Shown piece after piece: positions 20,603 to 33,787 of a stretch of DNA of 64,000 bases; the first letter of the stretch is position 1; every line of letters begins with the position of its first letter. A program made the position numbers and the translations under genes. The stretch is from contig CM035353.1 in NCBI GenBank assembly GCA_020137815.1, positions 6,014,001-6,078,000 of the forward strand, written 5' to 3'. Below the pieces are notes generated by a model. That model had not been told where the DNA came from and ran no database searches. It worked only from the letters and a program-made list of their open reading frames with translations. Origin of the DNA: Hormiphora californensis. Taxonomy: Eukaryota; Animalia; Ctenophora.

Positions 20603-22723
20603 TTATCGGACACCCTGGGGACTAGACCCGCTCTTTCCACTGACTGTACTTCGCCTCATCTCATTTCGCTTTTGCGAGAGGAGGGACCGGGGAGAGCTTA
20701 CCTGATGGGAGAGAGGAACATGTATTAGAAATCTGGGGGGGGGGGGTTAAATAAACACGAAGTGTTTTATTCTCGGATCTTTTTTCCTGGGAAAACCTTT
20801 TTGGGGGGTAAAACTCTCAAAACTCTCATCATGATCATATGATCAGCTAGTTTTGTTGCCTACTCTCGCTGCCGCTCTGATTAATTGTCTGTTCAACCAG
20901 GGATCAGAATCGAGTTTGAAATACGACAACTGTTTGTCTGTGTGTCGCCTCCGGTGATACTTCTTCTGGTCACTTTTTATATCTGATATCTGGTCATCAG
21001 TACTGTTCTGTTCTGATCTCGTCTGTTTGTCTGTTTGTTTGGATGTCTGTTTTTCTGTTGGTATGGGTGTCTGTTTGTCTGTTACCGGTGTCTGATACCC
21101 TTCCACCTCACTCTATGGTACATGCAGTAATTACATATGCCGTTATAATAATGGAGGTGGATTGGAAAGATATAATTTACATTTTGGTGTTCAAAAGGGT
21201 TCATAATATTGGCCAGTGTCGCTGAAACCCGTAGTGAGGGAGGGTGGTGGTGAGAGAGGGTGGTAGTGAGGGAGGGTGGTGGTGAGGGAGGGTGGTGGGA
21301 CTGGTGGCGAGGGAGGGTGGTGGTGAGGGAGGGTGGTGGTGAGAGAGGGTGGTGAGATAGGGTGGTTTCTAAGGGAGGGGGTGGTGAGAGAGGGTGGTGG
21401 TGAGAGAGGGTGGTGGTGAGAGAGGGTGGTGATGAGGGAGGGTGGTTTCTAAGGGAGGGGGTGGTGAGAGAGGGTGGTGGTGAGAGAGGGTGGTGGTGAG
21501 GGAGGGTGGTGGTGAGGGAGGGTGGTGGTGAGGGAGGGTGGTGGTGAGGGAGGGTGGTGGTGAGGGAGGGTGGTGACTGAGGGAGGGTGGTGGTGAGGGA
21601 GGGTGGTGGTGAGGGAGGGTGGTGGTGAGAGAGGGTGGTGGTGAGAGAGGGTGGTGGTGAGAGAGGGTGGTGGTGAGGGAGGGTGGTGGTGAGGGAGGGT
21701 GGTGGTGAGGGAGGGTGGTGGTGAGGGAGGGTGGTGGTGAGGGAGGGGGTGGTGAGAGAGGGTGGTGGTGAGAGAGGGTGGTGGTGAGGGAGGATGGTGG
21801 TGAGGGAGGGCCATTGTAAATTACCTGCGGTTGAAAGCGTTCCTCAAGACCCTTTTTATGGACGTGCATTCCCATTTCGTACCAGGCACTTAGTACCATC
21901 CTCTCTTCTCTCTCCCGAACTGACTTTAGGTTTTTAGCCTGGAATGAAGGGAACAATAGTCGGAATCACAGTCATGAAAATAACTTGATACTAATTACCA
22001 TACAATATATGTAATGTATCCAGTTAAAATTATATGTTGATATGAAACCACCTCTATTATATTACATGAGTTTTTATAGGTCCATGATTGGCTAGCATGT
22101 AATCAGTCCAAGCGGTTTTTAGGGGTATATAATGTCTGAGTGTGGGATTGTGGGATTATTGTGGTCAAGAGAATAATTGTATAGTGTACAGACAGACAGA
22201 CAGACAGATAGGCAGAATGAGAGGTTACAGTTCAGTGTAGTGAAGAACTTGAAAAGTGAATTCTGACTGATCAGATCTGACTAATAACCCCCTAATTACC
22301 TCGAATAGCTGACTAATTACCCCCTATAATTACCTCATCCTCCATCCTTGTGAGAGCCTTCTCTTTCTCAGCGAGCTGTTTTCGGAGTGCTGCAGTGTCT
22401 GGTGAGGGCGATTGGCTGGTCTTGGGATCGATTGCTTTTATAACCTGAAAGGGTTGACGTGGTAAGAAGAGGGATACCATAGTCAATACAAAGAGGGATA
22501 CCATAGCCAATATAAATTGGGTTGAATTGTACTTTTAAAAAGTCGTGTGATAAATTGCCGTGTGATAGATTGCCAAGTGATTCAATGGACATCATGTGGC
22601 ATACGCTGGGAGACTCCCAGTGGGAGTGGCAGGTATTGCGGAAAGTGATATTTTATTGATCATTATTTCTTGTGTCATGATTATTGCAGGACGCAATAGA
22701 GCGAGGGCGGGACAGAGAGAAAG

Positions 22724-22813
<90 letters not shown>

Positions 22814-22814
22814 G

Positions 22815-22860
<46 letters not shown>

Positions 22861-22861
22861 A

Positions 22862-22937
<76 letters not shown>

Positions 22938-23315
22938 GAGAGAGAGAGAGATAGATAAAAAAGAAAGGCTCTTTTTTGGGTATATACTGGTTGACAATGT
23001 GTGCCGAGCATTGTTAAATCTGTGTGCTTACTAGGAAATTGCAAAGGCTCGACTTCAAGCAGCTATAGATCTCTGTGTCTGTACAGTGTGACATGGGTGT
23101 GTGTCTGTGTGTGTGTGTGTGTGTGTCTGTGTGTTTGTGCTCTACGCTCGCACAAACATCATCTCTCCTTGTCTCTCTATCCCTCGACTATATATTTCAC
23201 ATTCGGTTTCTCTCAATTTATATCTTGAATCTATATTTAAGACGAAGAAAAGAATCCGAGGCATTCAAGGAATGGGCATGGAAATGAGAAACGTGGACTA
23301 ACGATAGTGGGATTT

Positions 23316-23372
<57 letters not shown>

Positions 23373-25665
23373 GAGAGAGAGAGTGAGAGAGAGAGAGAGA
23401 GATAGAGAGATAGAGAGAGAGAGAGATAGAGAGAGAGAGAGAAAGAGAGATAGAGCATGATTCGTTGAGAGAGGGACACTTGCCAGGCCCAGGTGGCCAC
23501 AGGACACACCTGACACACACAAACAAACGGTCCTGCATCTCCTGACGTGCAGAACGGGGCATCACATCACGAGCACGTGAAACACATTCATTTGTTGAAG
23601 AGGTGAGGAAAACAACAATTCTTAGATAAAATGTTGGGAGAAAGTATGGTCACTGGTCAGTGTTGAGTGTTGAATCTCACTGTTGATGCATGATGGTGAA
23701 TAAACAATCACATGATGAAACAAACATAAGTCAAAACTCTGATAGAACTACACACTTGATCAAATGGATATTTTCTTTGAACGATATTGTGGAATCACTA
23801 TTGACACAATTTTCATCTGATTATTTTACATGTACATGTAGTATGTGGGAGGGTGGGTGGCTGGGGCTGGGTTATTATGCCGAAGGAATTATAATTCTCA
23901 GGACATTATTATATTGAGCTTGGGAGGAATATTACACAGTTCAGCCGCGATTAACTTTCTCATGTTGCATAAATGATAATATAATGTGAGATAGAGATAG
24001 AGGGAGATAGACTGGGAGAGAGAGAGAGAGATAAAACTGATGATCTCACAGCCGTAGCAGCTTCGAGGCAAATTGTAATACTATTTTACACATAAACGTT
24101 GGATCATTTTCGCTAATTATTTCTCCAATCTCGACGATGATTTATAAGATATACGTTAGTCTCTCCCTCACTCTGTATCTCTCTCTATTCCTTTCTAATT
24201 CTCCCTCTTACTGCCTCACACACTCTCTCACTATAAGAAATTATTATACTATCGTGTCAGTGTAAACACTTGTAAGAGATCGTGTAATATCCCATACATG
24301 ATATATGACACACAAACACTGAACACACACATCCGGCACCCCCTAATATGTGACATTATATATGTCTGACACCCGTTCCCACTCTGTGTTAGTAAACTGG
24401 TAAGCAAATCTGATCAAGATTTGATATATATGTTTCTGTATTTCTTTCCGTGTAAATAAGTTTCCATCTTTAAACATTTTACAAACGGAAGTCATACTAT
24501 TCAGATTAGAGCCAATTACATTACCCCACTGTACTCCGCTCCTCCGTCCTCCATCGCGAGTGTGGATCATAATGTGAGATGAACATAATATTATAGTTGT
24601 AATTGAGATTATTATAGGAGTGGAAGAATAAAACTGAGGACGCCCGTTTGAGTGTGTACTGTGTACTATGTATTTGTATTCTCAATTTATTTTTAGTTGT
24701 TTTCTTTAATTGGGTCCTAATGTACAGGATGAAATTAGATGTTGTTGTTATACACTAACAAGACACATGTATCACATCATCAGTTAGATTAACAACATGG
24801 TACTACACGTGTAATTGTGTGAAATTAAACAAACAAATTAGTTGATATGTGTTACACACGGGTATATAGACCTTGGCTTCAAACTCCTTGCTAATATCCC
24901 ACAACTAGCATGAAACAAATGCAAGACACAAATTAGAACTAATTAGAACTAATTAATTGGAATTAATGTAGAAAGATAGCTGTGAGCATTTAATGAAATG
25001 AAGATAACATATCGACACATTATAATACAAGTACAATTACCTGTTTAGCCTTTCCGAGGAACCGCTTGTATTTTTCCTCCTGTGCTTTTATCTCATCATC
25101 CTTCTTTTTAATGATGTCCTAGTAAATAGAGAGAGATGGTAGATGATCTTCAAATCGTTATGAAATTACAGAATGTAACAAAACCACTCCCGATAATTTA
25201 TTGAACCAGGGGAACGTGGAGATGGCAGTTCAATACCATACATCCCGACCCCGATCGTTATACCAGGATACTCGAGGAAAAGGGTGCTTCGCTTTCCGGT
25301 AAAATACCGGGGTAAATCAGGGTCCAATTAATGTACATACCTTGAGGCTATTAATTGCCTCGGCTGCGCTTTTCACCCGTGGCTCCAGCTCCTTGATCCT
25401 ACTATTCTTTTTCTCCATCATCTCCACACTTTCGCGGTGTCTGGCCTTCTCTTGGGACAGAGCATCTTGCAGTTGCATTAGTTCCTGGGGATTATAAGGG
25501 CGGTGATTGTCAGGTACTGACTGTAACATCTCGCACGCCTTTGGCTCGGTGCGGAGAGGACAGTCTTATCAGACAATGTGGTGAGGGACGGGTGTGAACT
25601 GTGAGTAGATGAGCAGTGAGGGAAATGGTGTTAGTATGGACGGCAGTCTTTTTGTCCAGAATATT

Positions 25666-25709
<44 letters not shown>

Positions 25710-28700
25710 TCTCTCTAACCTGGGTTGGAGTTGTGGTGTTGTTTGATATCTTCACATCACTTTCCAACACCGCTATCCGCTGGTTCGCCTCACGCAGCTC
25801 CTCCTCGATCTTTTTCTGGTAGTCCTTACTGTAGAGGGAGGGGTGTTAGTTGGGGGTAGGGGTTGGGGAGGGTAGTCCTTGCTGTTGAGGGAGAGAGAGT
25901 GTTGGTGGTAGGGAAGGGTGTTGGAACTTGGAGTGTATGGTTAGTGGAGTGTTTTAGGGGTTAGGGAGTTTTCGGGGTTAGGGAGGTTTAGGGCAGGGCT
26001 GGGGGTAGGGCTAGATAGGAAAACGATGTAAAATAGCACTCAGACTAAAGGTTTACTTTTCTTTTAGATCCTCTCGAAGCAACTCAATGTCTGTGTCGGT
26101 GATTCCTTGTTCGCTAAGTTGCGTTTTCAAGTTCTTGTTGGCTAGCTGTAACCTAGGGAGTGATGGAGGTTTAGAGTTAGTGTTACACAGCTGGATAATC
26201 TTGAGATGATTAGGCAGAAATTATTGCTGTGTGATTTGCTCCTAAACCTGGTTTATTATAGATCCATGGGAATCGTGTAATTCAGTTAGGAGATCAATTA
26301 GTTTGGTAAAAAGCGATCGAGGGGAAAAGGAAATAATTGATAACTGTCTGAATTCTATATCTCATGAAATCTGTCATAAAATAATGATTTGAATAATTTG
26401 AAAATCTCGTTTCGTACAACCTAGCAATGGTCTCTTTAGCAAATAAGGGTAAAGTAAGAGGGGGTGGTGTTGTAGTAAGACCCTGTTCATGGGATGTTCC
26501 ACTGTCGATCGCAACAACGCTACACAGGTGACAGGAGTTATAACATTGAAATTTCCCGAAAAATAAAATAAAAATGAGAGAGTGATGGAGACATGTACTG
26601 ATAAATAGAGACAAGAGAACATGGGAGAAAGATAGAAAATAGAGTTTTAATACCTGGCGATAGTTTCCTTCACTTGAGGAGACACAGGTCCAGAATTATC
26701 AGTTGCCCCTCCATGGTCCAAGAACTCGTTTAGACTATTGTCCTTGTTGGAACTATATTGGAGCGTCTCCAGGTTCTCTTTAAGACTCGCCCGCTCTGAA
26801 AGCATTCATTTGATCACATGCCAAGAGTCAAGATGGAATATTGTACATGTGAGTGCGAAGTGCTGCATGTGGCTGCATGATGCATTATTACATACGCAAC
26901 GGAGTCAGAGATGAGTTGCTCTGCTAACGATCATAAGTACTACATAATAATGAATTGACCTCGAGAGGAAGGGTTCTCACTTCTCTACCTTGTAAAAGAT
27001 TGAAGTTATCACTTTCGATCGCCTCACATTTCGACTTATACCTCTCTGATTCAATTGAACATTTATCTGCCCTTTTCGTCTCTGACAACAGCTCATCCTG
27101 AGCAAAAGATAACGATGATAAAAACACAATACATGTACTAATACAACTAGCAATGTAATGGCTCTTTAAGTTCTGATTATGAAAGTCTCAAAATTAAAAG
27201 AAAGACTACCTGTAACCGGCGAATATCAACTTTATATTTTTCAAGTTGGGTTTTGTAGATGTTTTGTTTCTTGTTTTCGTCCTCGAGCGATACCTATGAA
27301 ATGGGAAATGGAAAAGTTATATGAAATTCAACCAATTGATGTCAGTATGAAGTATTTAGGCAGTGGAAAAGTTAATGGATCTCCCCCATGCGAATAAGAC
27401 GTTTCTACACGCAACTTATTCCGTGTCACACGATCCAATCACACGATCTGTCACATTTCTCAAGCTTATATAATTACTACTTCATCAAGTAGGCCACACC
27501 CGCTCTTCCCTAACTCCCAACCTTCTTATATAATAACGTACGTATCAAGTCGGGCTATATTTGGGCATGATGCAATACCATATATGGCAGATATAATTAT
27601 ATATATCTTACCTTCTCCATAACATAACTATCAATCTGTGCCTCAAGTGATTTCACTTGCTGTTTCAACTCAGGAATCTCCTCCAGTTTCTTCTTGTACA
27701 TTTCAACTTGCTGTTCTAGTTTAGCTGGAAGGGGGGGAGGAGGGGTTAGGAGAAATTGGAAAACTAAAACTAGAAGAAGGGGGAGGAGGGGTTAGGAGAA
27801 ATTGGGGCAAAGTGTGATATATACTTTGAGATAAATGATATCTGCTATAATAAAAACAGACAAATTAGAAAAAAAAGACAAACAGGCAAACAGACATAAA
27901 CACCTGTGTTTGTAAGTCGGTAATTCAGCTCGTCCACTTCATCCTTCAACCTTTTTGAGTTGCTAGCTTGTTCCTGGAGCTCAACACACTTTTCAGTCAA
28001 CTCAGCAATCTCATTCTGGGGGGATGGGGTGGCATTAAAATGGGGCGGAGGATCAGGTGCTGGTTGGGACATATTTTAATGGTGATCCATCGGAGAAAGT
28101 AGTGACAGATAGGAAGAGAGGACAGAGGTAAGGATTGATATATTACCTCGAATGTTTCACACTTTATTCGATAGTCATCACGTGCCAGTTCTAGTTGATA
28201 CCTCTCTGCCTGGAAGTTCTCTACCAGTTGGGACATATTGTGGTCTCCGGAGCCCTGACTGCGGGAAATAATATGATTGGGTTATAATGGAGGATAGTAC
28301 TCTGTACCACTGTAGTGATACTATGATGACATGTTTGACGGTTTATTTATTTACTTGTTAGCCGATTATTGCTGTTGTTTTCTAACCTATTCCTAATATT
28401 ATACTGAGGAATTGTAGTTGTTTCCTATTACCTATTCATCACATTGCTCATTGACTCATCGTTCTTGCACTTCAACAGGAGCCGCTCGTTTTCAGTTTGA
28501 AGGCCCTCATTTGCTTCACGTTGAATCTGGAGATCTAGCTGTAACTCGTGAACTTTCTGCTTGTATTCCTCCGTCTGAAACACATTACCAAATATGGACA
28601 TGGTGCATTACCATTTATGGACATAGTGCGTTACCATACATAATGAGGCATCATGCAATGCAAGATCAGCAGTTAAATGGACATTGCATATAAAACAATT

Positions 28701-30338
28701 AGTACAAACATAGAATTTACACATTTCACCACGTTTTTTCAATTATGACAAAACAAGCAAATGTAAGAATTACAGGGTGTCCCAGCGGAGGTGGGGCACA
28801 ATCGGGACACCCTGTAAATTCAATATACAGGGTGTCCCGATATACACTGTACATTCAATTGCACAATGTACAATATCGGGACACCCTATCCCAATGTACA
28901 GATTACAACCCCATCCCATGTGGCGTAATATTGTTTAACCCCAGCACAGCATGCATACAGCTTTATACGAATGTCACGGATATAAGTAACGTACGTGCTT
29001 CAGTTGACTGTCATAATCCTAGAGGTAGAACAATTAGATACACAACAAAACAGCAGGGGAAGGGTACTTGTTATGTTCTGACCCTCAGCAGAGAGAGAGG
29101 GGGCAGAATAAGGAGGATACAACTCTTAGGTGATTTTCAATGGGAAATGGGGCATAGAATCATGGCTGGAAATGTGGCCTAATCGAAGGTTACACTGCAC
29201 GGCTACCTCCAGTTATAGCAAAGTAGCAGGGACATTTTAGCAGAGCTACGAACCGATAAACACGGCGAAAAGAGGTACCCCCACGGACCGTGAGGGTACC
29301 TCTTTTCGTGGGCTGCGGTTAAATATCACTCACCTCTCGAAGGGCTTGCTCAAGTTCTGAGTTTGACGTCAACAACTTTCTCTCGTAATCGTGTCCCCCC
29401 ATATTTCGGGGCACTTCACATCCCATTAGTTCCTGGAATAATAGAGAAATGAGATATAATCAAGAAGTTACATGAAAAGGTCAGAATTGTGAGATATTTC
29501 TATGTTTTTTAACATAACTTGATAGCATATACCCGCTACTCAAGGTACATATCTACACACAACATAATACACATTCTACAGTTCAAAAGTCACTCAAATA
29601 TTAAATACTAGTATACTCCCAATTATATATTCAAATCAATGGGAAGGTTCAATTCCACACGCACCTGGATGCACTGCATTACAACGGTTTGATGTTTCTG
29701 TTCCATCAACATGATTCTCTTAACGATCTCCTCCTTGTCATCACAGTGCACTGCACACCCCAAAACGAGCTGTAGAAGGCGACCTGCGGTGGAGGTGTAA
29801 TTTGTAGTATAAATGGTTTATGTTGGGGGGGGGGGGTGGGCGGTTTAACTTGTAGACTGTAGTAGTGTGTGTTACGACAATCATTACTGAGATTTTCAAT
29901 TAAAATGTCGTGGTTTAACAATTAATTTTTAACTGTTCGACTTACTTAGATGTTCTTCGTCTGCTTTCTCTCCAATCAAATTGCAGTCAGGTTCAGGAAA
30001 GTTCAGCAAATCCATCTCAAGGACTTCAGCATAGTAGTCCATGATAGAGTTCTTAATTCGTCGAAGGTTGCTTACTTTCAACCGCCAGTTTCCGCCAACA
30101 TTGTCCTTTAGATTATCTTTAAAATCAAACCAGGCAGGTGCTATCTGGAGAGATAGAAAGAGAGATGCGATTAATGACAATCAAGACAACTAAACTAAGA
30201 AGATGGGATAACACAAACCTGACTCAGAACATCAGCGAGGATGTGGCCGTCAGTTAGGTCGTCAGCAACAAACTCCCCATCTTCTTCATCGTGAAACTGA
30301 CTCAGCCAAACTAACAGGCTGTCACAAACCTCCGACAT
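20603..30338 (-). CDS. HOOK: Hook family dynein-dynactin adaptor, ~17 coding exons
   Basis: N-terminal Hook domain (MSEVCDSLLVWL..DLTDGHILADVLSQ/IAPAWF..NWRLKVSNLRRI..RLLQLVLGCAVHC..HQTVVMQCIQEL), long coiled coil, C-terminal EEKYKRFLGKAKQ/VIKAIDPK and EERMVLSAWYEMG; last exon 20701-20603. Confidence 0.95.
21235..21810. repeat. 16-bp G-rich minisatellite (GGTGGTGGTGAGGGAG)n in last Hook intron
   Basis: Direct read; gives spurious P/H/S/T ORFs. Confidence 0.95.
28771..28889. mobile_element. Two tiny Tc1/mariner-type MITE remnants (TA-CAGGGTGTCCC...GGGACACCCTG-TA)
   Basis: TIR pairs with TA flanks at 28771-28816 and ~28826-28889. Confidence 0.7.
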
Positions 30339-30402
30339 AGGGGCGCATCAACTAGAAAACCGATAGAAAATAGGAGAAATAGGACTATAATAGACTATTG
30401 AA

Positions 30403-31170
30403 TAACGGGTGACAACTAAAAATCTGGACAATTTTCTGTGAGCTCTAGCGCCGGCCTCGCTTGAGATACAGCTTCAGGCATGAGCTAGAACGATTTTTCA
30501 GACAATTTTGAGTCAGAATAACACAACGGAAAAAACTAAAAAGTTCATTTTCATTGCGTTATCGCATCATTTCCTCTTGACCCACCAAAGCATGTGTACG
30601 GAGATTTGAGATTTCTGTGTGATCAGAAACGACCTTCCCGATGAGATAAAGTTCTCAAATTTGAAATAATGGTTGTTCATGCCATAACCAACATAACTGC
30701 CAAGTTTCAACATTTTAGCTTATCAGGAAGTTGGTTTTCCACGTCATAAATGTTTCGAGAGATCGTCAAAATGGCGATTTCTCAAATTACCTGTAAACTA
30801 CGCTTTGAAGGGTTTGTTACAGATGATTCTGTGATTAGAATTGAGATTATCGGAGTGTGAAACAAAGTTAATTTCGTTCAAAATCGTCTGAAAAATCATT
30901 CTATCGCTGCCCCGAAGCTGTATCTCAAAAAGAACAGGCGCTAGAGGTGCTAGAAAAGTGTGTAAATTTCAAGTACTACATGCTTTGGTGGGTCAAGAGG
31001 AAATGATGCGATAACGCAATGAAAATGAACTTTTTAGTTTTTCCCGTTGTGTTATTCTGATTCAAAATTGTCTGAAAAATCGTTCTAGCTCAGGACTGAA
31101 GCTGTATCTCAAGCGGGGCCGGCGCTAGAGCTCACAGAAAATTGTCCAGATTTTTAGTTGTCACCCGTTA
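30403..31170. mobile_element. MITE with ~195-bp TIRs (ACGGGTGACAACTAAAAATC...), TA flanks, about 65 bp upstream of Hook ATG
   Basis: 30403-30597 is a near-perfect reverse complement of ~30977-31170. Confidence 0.9.
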
Positions 31171-31890
31171 TTGTCAAAAATGTTGGCGAAAGCCAACTGT
31201 ATAACTCTGGGTCACCCAGACTGGGTGACCACTAAATTCTAAAACTGCTGAAATTTTCGTGATTAAACTGTTCAGACATCAGTTTCGAATTCTCTCTTGC
31301 AAGAAGGGGATTCATAGACATAATTGGGACACAACTAACAACGAAAAAACACAGACCCCAATGTTTATGAAAACCCGAGACCGAGCCAAATACAAATACA
31401 AATACAAATATACATTTATTTTCCGCTTTTCATTGTCCATATTTTAAAGAACAACACGAGTTCTGTTAGGTCTTGACTACTAGCATCACTTGGTGCGGAC
31501 TTCGTCTCACTAACTCTCGTTTCAAAAGCGGTTAGTTTTATACCAAGGATTTCCAGATATTTTTCAAGAAGATATTTTCTGAAGGTAAGTTTTGTTAGTT
31601 AAACCATATTTAAATCGGATGACGAAATATACTGTCTCTGCTTACTGCAGATTAATAGAATATGCTCTTGGATCTAGAGATCCAGAAATGAATATTTTAG
31701 CTCCAGGGCTTTAGCCCTTAAACAATCGATACTGACTTATACAACCTGGGTGAGGATCCTTCTGCTTCACCTGTAGGAGAACCAAGGAGCGGGAGAGAAT
31801 TCATACTAGCTTAAACTCACGAGTGTCCATACGATACACGGCATGCCTCATGGTAGCTCACGCCTCACATCGCTAGATCTCAACTTACTG

Positions 31891-32150
31891 GCTGTACTTC
31901 TATTAGTAAAGCCCAACACACTTCACTGCACCACACCATACCAACTGTACTTCTGTAAGTAAAGTCCAACACACTCCACTGCACTACACCATACTGGTTG
32001 TACTTCTGTAAGTAGAGCCCAACACACTCCACTGCACCACACCATACCGACTGTACTTCTATAAGTAAAGCCCAACACACTCCACTGCACCACACCATAC
32101 CGACTGTACTTCTGTAAGTAAAGCCCAACACACACTTCTGCACCACACCT
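31891..32150. repeat. 53-bp tandem repeat, ~5 copies
   Basis: CTGTACTTCT recurs at 53-bp spacing (e.g. 32051, 32104). Confidence 0.9.
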
Positions 32151-32199
32151 CACTGTAACCATTCCACACCCACTTCCCCATTTATAAATTTATATTTCC

Positions 32200-33694
32200 C
32201 CCTTTTTTTCCCCTTTTTTAATATATATTTTTTTTTTTTTTCTTTCTTTTTCTTTGGATCTTTTCTGCTTTACTTTTTTTTTTCTTTTTTTTTCTTTACT
32301 TTCAAAAAATGGAATAAATATTAAATATCAATTAGTAAGAAAGACCAGTTTAGAAAGCGTGAGTAAAATGAGTACTGGTCGTTCTAACTTCACGGTATCA
32401 CACTCTATGTCAGGATCCTCAACTCTCTCAACTCTCTATCACATTTCTCGTAATCTAAATTGTCTTCACACATTGTTTTTAACACTCGTATGCCTTCCGG
32501 AAGAAGTGGGTTTTCAAGTTGGATTTGAATGATGTGATGGATGAGTTTTCCCGAAGAGAAGAAGGTAAGGTATTCCATATTACCGGAGCAGCGACACTAA
32601 ACGCACCTTTACTCGAACAATCACTGCGCTGGCAAGCGCAAAGGTGGCCCCATCCAACCCCCCGAAAAAAATCCCCCAAAAAACGGCCCGCTTGCTCACA
32701 GCGTATATATAGTTATTTCATACTTTTAGCCCATTTTGGCACTTTTTGACACGCCATAACTCCGGAACCGGATGAGCTAGGAAGCTGAAATTTTGTACTC
32801 AGAAGCTTCTTGTAGACATCTATCGATGGTAAAAATTTCAAGTGGCTAGCTTATTTTGTTCAAAAGTTATAACACCACCCCCAAAACAGAAAATTCAGTG
32901 TGGGGATAACTAGGTTGATACATATATATATACATACATGTATAGACGCTTTGTTACCTTCCGTTTGGTCCCAGTTTGAGACGAACCAGACATCGTATGA
33001 CCTTAAACCAAGCGGCATTCGACAGATAATTGTCTCGTGCATGTACCCATTTCGGTGGCGACTCTCCATCTTGCCTATGACGCGCGCAATGACGTCACGA
33101 GTGACGTCATTGCGCGAGACCGACTAAATTTTTTCAAACGCCTCTAGCACCCTGAAGACGTGTTCCGATTTCTGATTTGACAAAAAATCGTTACCGGCAA
33201 ATCGTCTGAAGTTTCAGATACCTTATTGCGAATTTTCGTAGCTGATCATTTTGAGCCCTTAAATCGCGTCGGAAGTCAAAAATTTGACGAAAAATTCAGC
33301 AAATTGAACGTTTTTCTAGCAAAAACTTCATTTCCTGACCACTGTGGTCAATGAAACTTACAAGCTCCTTTGGGGTATTTATTCAAAATATATCGTGATG
33401 CAAGTTACGTCGTTACGTACGTCACTAATTACGTCACATGACGTCATAATTACGTCTAAAATACGATTTTCACAGAAATTCGTCTCGTTTCTCATATATT
33501 GCATTATTTCGACAATATTACATTATGAAATAATGTCTTGCTGCGATTAAAAACCAAAAAGGGACCTAAATTAAGCCAAAAACTAATTGAATTAGTTGGC
33601 GGGAAAGGTGGCCCACTTACACCTTTGCCTGCTGCCGGGATCAGGGATATAAGAGGTGAATACAATGTAATAAGACAGTGAAAGAGAGCGTAAT

Positions 33695-33787
<93 letters not shown>

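Noticed and set aside
21369-21814. His/Pro-rich extensin-like ORFs
   Set aside because: 16-bp minisatellite within a Hook intron; only 21938-21825 of the longer ORF is a real exon.
31891-32150. Regularly spaced repeats suggestive of a CRISPR array
   Set aside because: Whole 53-bp units repeat with no unique spacers; eukaryotic context, no cas genes.
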